Positions 58,701 to 64,000 of a stretch of DNA of 64,000 nt are shown piece by piece. Location: NCBI RefSeq assembly GCF_009834535.1, contig NC_045698.1, positions 2,296,001 through 2,360,000 of the forward strand, given 5' to 3'. The position numbers and the translations under genes were made by a program. Source of the DNA: Camelus ferus (taxonomy: Eukaryota). Below the pieces are notes generated by a model. That model had not been told where the DNA came from. It worked only from the letters and a program-made list of their open reading frames with translations, and ran no database searches. Every line of letters begins with the position of its first letter. Positions within the stretch are counted from its first letter, which is position 1.

Positions 58701-61700
58701 GATCTATCCTTCTGTCTATATCTTTATATCTATCCATCTTTATATCAAGCAGCCTTAACATTTGCTTTTTAACATTTGCTTTCATTGGAGGAGGAGGCCC
58801 AGGAACCTGTGAAAGTCACCAGGCATGCCAGATGGAGCGGCCCCTGGAGCGGCCTGAAATTCTGGAATGGCCTTCCGTGGGAGGTCGGAGGAGTGTGGTC
58901 CAGAACCCAGGGGAGGAGTGGGCAGAGCAGTGCCCCAGGGTGACGTCTCCTGCAGTGGGGACTCAGGGAGGTCCCTGGGGCGCTCAGGCCTTGTGGATAC
59001 CCCCACCCCTGCCCCTGCCAGCAGCCCCTACCCCTCTTCGGGTGAGACACAAGTGGAGCCCTTTCTGTGGGCTGCTGTTTGGTTTCTGAAGACGCCGCGG
59101 GTGTCTCTGATCCCCAATCCATTTATCCAGCGTCCTGAGCACTGGCTGAACGTGGGGACACAATGGAGGGCTGCACCAGGGGGCCGGTTGAGGGGCGGCG
59201 CACATGCCTAAGCACCCCCCCCCTCCGCCCCAGCGCACCCCGATCGTCCCCACCTCCGGGGGACCCAAGCTCGGTGGCCGAGCGCAGTGGTGGGAATAGT
59301 GCTGAGACAGTTTAAATCTTCTAAACCGCAGGGCTTTTCCTCTTAATTCCTTCTACTTGAAGCTGCCCTTCGGAGTGGAGAGGATGCTGCCGGTTTCCTC
59401 CGCACGTCCCCGCCTGAGCGCAGGAGCTCGGGAAGCAGGAGAGGGGGCTCCGGCGGGCCGGGCGGAGCAGGTCGCGGGGGCGGCCGCCAACACCGGGATC
59501 GAAGCTAGCTGGCCACTTGCAGCCTCTCCTCCTGTCTTTCCCTGTTTGCTTGTTTGTCACTGCTGTCGCTTGGCTTGTTATTGAATTTTAAACATGTGTT
59601 TAATTGCCAGGCCCTCAGATAGCTGCAGCCACGTCTGAAAATATTAAATACATCTGCGAGACAGTGGGCGAGGGAAATCAGAAAGGTGCTGGCTGCACGG
59701 AATGTTAAAAGGGTCTCACAATGAGTGATTAACATTTTTATGAATAAAATTAATCACGCATTAACTCTGCAGCACAGGGCATCTGAAAGCCAGTTGCAGC
59801 CCAGGCCGCTCCTCACTCACACCCAAGAACTTCGGAGGCCTCCGTGGCCCACAGCAAACATCCAGCCATTAGGAATTTCAGACTATTTATAAGACGATGT
59901 GCCAATAACAGCTGAGTTTGAGGTGAGGAAGCTAAAGCCTCCAAACATACCACCACCATCAGCAAACGTACGGCAAAATTAAAAAGCAACCAGTATTTTG
60001 ATTTTTACCTTTAGCAAACTCCCAGTTGAACCCCGCCGTTCCCGTGCTAGGATATGCTCATGGGATTGTGTGGGCCTGGGCCCAGCAGGGCAGCAGGGCG
60101 TGATCCGGGAGGCGGAGGCTGCATCCCAAGGCCCTGGGAGTGATGCTCTCCACTTCCCGGCCCTTGTCCTGGGCCTGCGGTTCCGGTGAAGCGGACTGGA
60201 TCGGAGGGCGGACCCTGGCATTATTAAATCTCCAGTATCCCAGATAATAAAGTGTGATCCTCCCCTCCTGGCCTCCCCTCCCTCCTTTCTAATCTCTTGC
60301 CACCGCGGTCTTGGGATTATTCCAGCAGGCTGTACAAAGGGACGCGAAGGCATCTGAAGTGTCACTCTGCAGCTGTGGCAGAGGGGCCGTGTTGCCACTT
60401 TGCCGGTGCTCCCAGCCCATGTGCACAGCAGAAGGTGAAATCAAAGCCGCCCATCTCCCTCGGTCCTGCACATTATTTTCCACCGCGGTGGCGAATCTCT
60501 CCGAGCTCCATGAACCAATAAAACCGTGGACCCTGTTTGAGTTGATATATTAATATTTGCTGAGGATTTGCAAGGTCGATGCTAAATGTCAGCAGATTGC
60601 TGGGGCAGACCTGTGGGGGATAATTAAACAAATCTCACAGCAGTTCATCCTCCTAACATCTTTATTAATCTTTTTTTTCCTCCCTTACTCTCCTGGAAGA
60701 GTACTCTGAAAGATTGCTTTTGCCACTTTAGAGAAGATTCCGAATCAGTAATCATAAAAGACTCCGCTGGCGACGTTTGGATGTTCGCTTCGGAGGATCC
60801 TGGGACCCTTCCCTGGTGGGGTGTTCTAGGGGAGGGAGGCCCGGCTGGGTGGACTGTCACCGAGCGGCTGTGAACTTCACCAGCCCCTCCATCGTAAATC
60901 CCGGCCGGTTTGCCCGACACCATCCTCCTGTTTCTGTGATTCCACCCGTGTGCAGGCTCCGCCCAGTGGCCCACTTTGCTGGGCGAGGGGCCTGCCGCCT
61001 TTAACGTGATTACAGGGAACACTCACTACAAGTCGGACGGTTGTGTTTAATGAGCTTCATCATCAGTGTCAGGGTGCCTCACTGCACGTCACAGCCTGTA
61101 GCAGCCCTCGGCCACGCAGTCCTCTGCGATCTGATTTATTTTTTTATCAGGCAGCAGGAGCTGTCTGGAGTTTTTGTTTGTCTAATGGGGACCTGCATCA
61201 GGCCCCCAGTGTAAAAACACCACCAGGAAATTAATTGCTTCTGTGTGGATTCGCCGCAGATGGGTCCTGTTGATGAGAATGGTATATTTTCGACTTTGCT
61301 ATCCTGCAGTGAGTTATAAAAAAAATAATAAAATGAAAGCCAGCAACGCAAACATATTAGCATCAATATAGATTCAGGATGGCGTAATTGAAAACATGGG
61401 CTTTCGGAGGACAATATGCAGCGAAAGTTCAAGTTTCTCGTAAGAGATTTTCCTTCCGGCCCTCTTCAGCAGGTTTTTATTTATTTGTTTATATATGTAT
61501 GTGTGTATGTATTGCTTCTAAGTGGAACCACCTCTGGGCAGACACGTGGCTGGAGTTTCAGCTGGCTTCTGGCGGGGAGATTCACTTACAGTAACAGAAG
61601 CTGCTCCCCCGCCCAGGCCTGACACGGGCGCGGCTGAGGCCTGCGGTTCGTGCTCCCACAGCGGTGCCTGTTCACCGAGGCTCCAGCCGGAGGCCCCCGG

Positions 61701-62494
61701 GGGCCCTTTCATCAGGCCTCTTGGCCCCTGCGTTCTGATGAGGCTGCACGTTGCTCCTCCAACCTGGGGTATCTTAAGTTTGCTTTTAGGCTGGTTAGTC
61801 TCAGATTTCGCACCTGTCACCTGTATGCTCTGTTCTCGGCACTGGACAGTCCCTCGCTGGTGGTCCCCAGCACTAGGGTGCGGGGGCTGCTCCATGCCCC
61901 TTCGTCTTCCCACGAGGAGCCTCACGAGCTTCGTTCTCCTCTTCCTCCTTGTTGAGGCTGCCTGAGGTCAGCCGTCCGGGTTCTTGCTCTGCACTGTGTC
62001 AGGATGGGGTTGGTCAACTTGACCTCAGATAACTCAGCAGACTACAGCTTACTTATGGGAAAACAAACCCAGAAACTAATGCTGAGTGTAACGTCGTGGT
62101 AAAGATGGGGGGCACTCAGAACTGGGCAGGAAAAGACAGAAGGAATGCATTGCCCCGCCCGGAAGCAGCACGTGTTCATGCTGAGGCAGCGAGAATAATC
62201 AGCCACTAGCACTTGGCAAGTTGGCTTTGCCGAGTCCCGTCGAGGGGTAATTCTAGTGACCCCCCTTGGAATTCCGCAGCGTGAGACGACAGTGGTCTCG
62301 TGGCCAGTTCAGGGTGGGTGTGGGCTCCCGAAGGAGAGGCACGTGGACGCCTTGCTTGTTCTTCTTGAGAACATGGGGGTGAGGCTGGGGAGGGAGCACC
62401 ACCTCTTGGCATCCAGATAAAGCCACGAGGCTGTGCGGTGATCTGATGGGTGAGCTCACGGAGCAGAGGCAGGCTGCCCAGGGTGGGGTGCATG

Positions 62495-62553
62495 TGAGAG
62501 ACAGACAGACAGACAGACAGGCAGAGCCAGAGAGAGAGAAAGAGAGAGAAAGA
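62495..62553 (+). repeat. (GACA)n/(GA)n simple repeat
   Basis: Visible tandem units. Confidence 0.85.
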
Positions 62554-62639
62554 GGCCTAGAACTGTGTGTCTCCCGCTGGGTAACCTACCCTCCTCCACC
62601 CTCTTTCCCCGAAACCCTCAGCCCTTACTCACTGAGAGA

Positions 62640-62890
62640 GGATACACAGCAGGACCCTTAGGGAAGCCTGTTAAAAATGCACGTTCTGGGGTTGGGGGAG
62701 GGTGTAGCTCAGTGGTAGGGCACCTGCTTAGCATGCATGAGGTCCTGGGTTCAATCCTCAGTACCTCGATTAAGAGATAAAAAGGCATGCAGCCCCCTCC
62801 CTAATTCCTGTTTCAGCAGGGGTCGGGAAGGGCCCAGTCATCTGCATTTTAAATCAGGTCATTCTGAAGCCGTTGGGGAACCCACACCAG
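62640..62890. mobile_element. MER5A-like element split by the SINE
   Basis: CCTGTTAAAAATGCA..TTCTGGG before the SINE and TTCAGCAGG..GGGCCCAG..ATCTGCATTTTAA after it. Confidence 0.6.
62694..62783 (+). mobile_element. tRNA-Ala(AGC)-derived short SINE (camelid vic-1-like) or tRNA pseudogene
   Basis: A box TAGCTCAGTGG 62705-62715, AGC anticodon 62730-62732, B box GGTTCAATCC 62748-62757; mispaired stems, extra 5' Gs and an A-rich tail argue against a functional tRNA. Confidence 0.8.
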
Positions 62891-64000
62891 GAGGGCCACC
62901 ACCTGGATCCTGGACTGCCTCGAGTACTTCCTGTTAAAGGATCAGCTGACAAAGGGCTGGAGTGAGTGTCACCCTTCCTGGTTCCTGAGCCCTTGAGCGG
63001 GTGTGGAACTGGAAGGTTCTAAGCATTGCAGAACCAAACAGATGCACCTTTGGTGGTGAGAGTGGTCCACGCTCTGCGGAGGGTGGGGACCCAGGCGACG
63101 TGCGCGCGTGGGTGCTGGGGGACCGCGGCGCTCACTGCCCGCTCGCCCGGGGCTGTGCAGAGCTGCACTAGGACAGCAGCTCTTCCCTGACATCCAACTG
63201 CATCCATGGCCGCAGGACCGTTTATCAACTCCCAGCAGCAAGAAGGGAACTGATACCGTGCTGCCTGTACCCCTTCAATGGCGGGGACTTCAGTGCGCGG
63301 CAGGTCCCCTGTTCATCACGCAGTGGCTGCAGCAGCATTTCTGGGCTCTCGGGGCTCCGGACAGTTCATTCCAAGGGGCTCCCCTCGATTCGCGGGTCGC
63401 TGATTCTTTGTGCTAGTCATTAACCTTTACGTGGGCGCAGCATTTTTTCTTTTTCCTATCTTGAGAATCAGAAAGTCTATGACGGTTGTTCCATCCTGAA
63501 TGGATGTAAGAGTGAGAGCTTCTCCGGTGAACAACCAGGCTGAGGATGTCTGACAGACAGCTGCCGGTCCAGGCCCTCTGGTTTACAGCAGAGAGAGAGC
63601 ACCGCGGGCAGCGTTGGCCTCTGAGTCCAACAGGAGAGCTGGGTGCCGACCGCAGCCGACCTCCTCCACCCTCGGGGCGAGGGGAGCCGGGTGCCGGACC
63701 CCTTCCAGGGAAAGGTCCCTAAGCCCCTCCCACCCCCGCCGCCTCCTTTCCCTGCCCTCTGCACCCGCACTTCAAAGTAAAGACAGGAAAGAATTTCTGA
63801 GCCCAGCCTTTAGGGACTGAAGTTCATTTTCTCTTGGGAAATTATTCTTTCCATTTTTAAGAAGGAAGTTTTTGTTTTTGTTGTTTTAAATCAGAAGAAA
63901 GACCCCAAACCTTCTCAGACATCAAATATCTGTTAAAAAAACCTTTTGGTAAGCTAACCATACATGAATCAGAAATAGGTGGCTTTGGTTTTCCTTAAAA

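Noticed and set aside
62698..62768. Functional tRNA-Ala gene
   Set aside because: Mispaired stems, no T-run terminator, an A-rich tail and insertion inside another transposon indicate a SINE.
1..64000. A novel multi-gene system, operon or CRISPR array
   Set aside because: The window is a vertebrate homeobox locus with gene desert. There are no repeat-spacer arrays, and apart from IRX1 and L1 I saw no ORF with protein-like composition.

Overview
GC-rich mammalian genomic DNA, not prokaryotic. A tRNA-Ala-derived SINE and Laurasiatherian-type L1 3' ends suggest a camelid or related artiodactyl (inference). The only protein-coding gene I can support is the Iroquois TALE-homeobox gene IRX1 on the + strand. 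It has 4 coding exons (48875-49147, 51999-53019, 53392-53464, 53761-53818; 1425 nt, 474 aa), GT-AG introns and a polyA signal at 54168. IRX1 sits in a cluster of CpG islands (about 43.5-55.8 kb). The roughly 48 kb upstream and 10 kb downstream are gene desert. They contain a ~1.4 kb G-rich 29-bp minisatellite, L1/L2/MIR/MaLR/ERV1-LTR/hAT fragments, and many short AT-rich, homeodomain-motif-rich patches that look like the conserved enhancers known from Irx clusters. Nearly all other ORFs in the track are GC-content or repeat artefacts. I found no convincing previously undescribed biological system. The most interesting observations are regulatory or evolutionary: paired Pumilio sites in the 3' UTR, a palindromic IRX-type site downstream, HOX-PBX-MEIS-like modules, an L1 with TSDs and a possible micro-transduction, nested elements, and apparent AT-to-GC erosion of old repeats. 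Repeat family names are recognised from memory and need RepeatMasker/Dfam confirmation.
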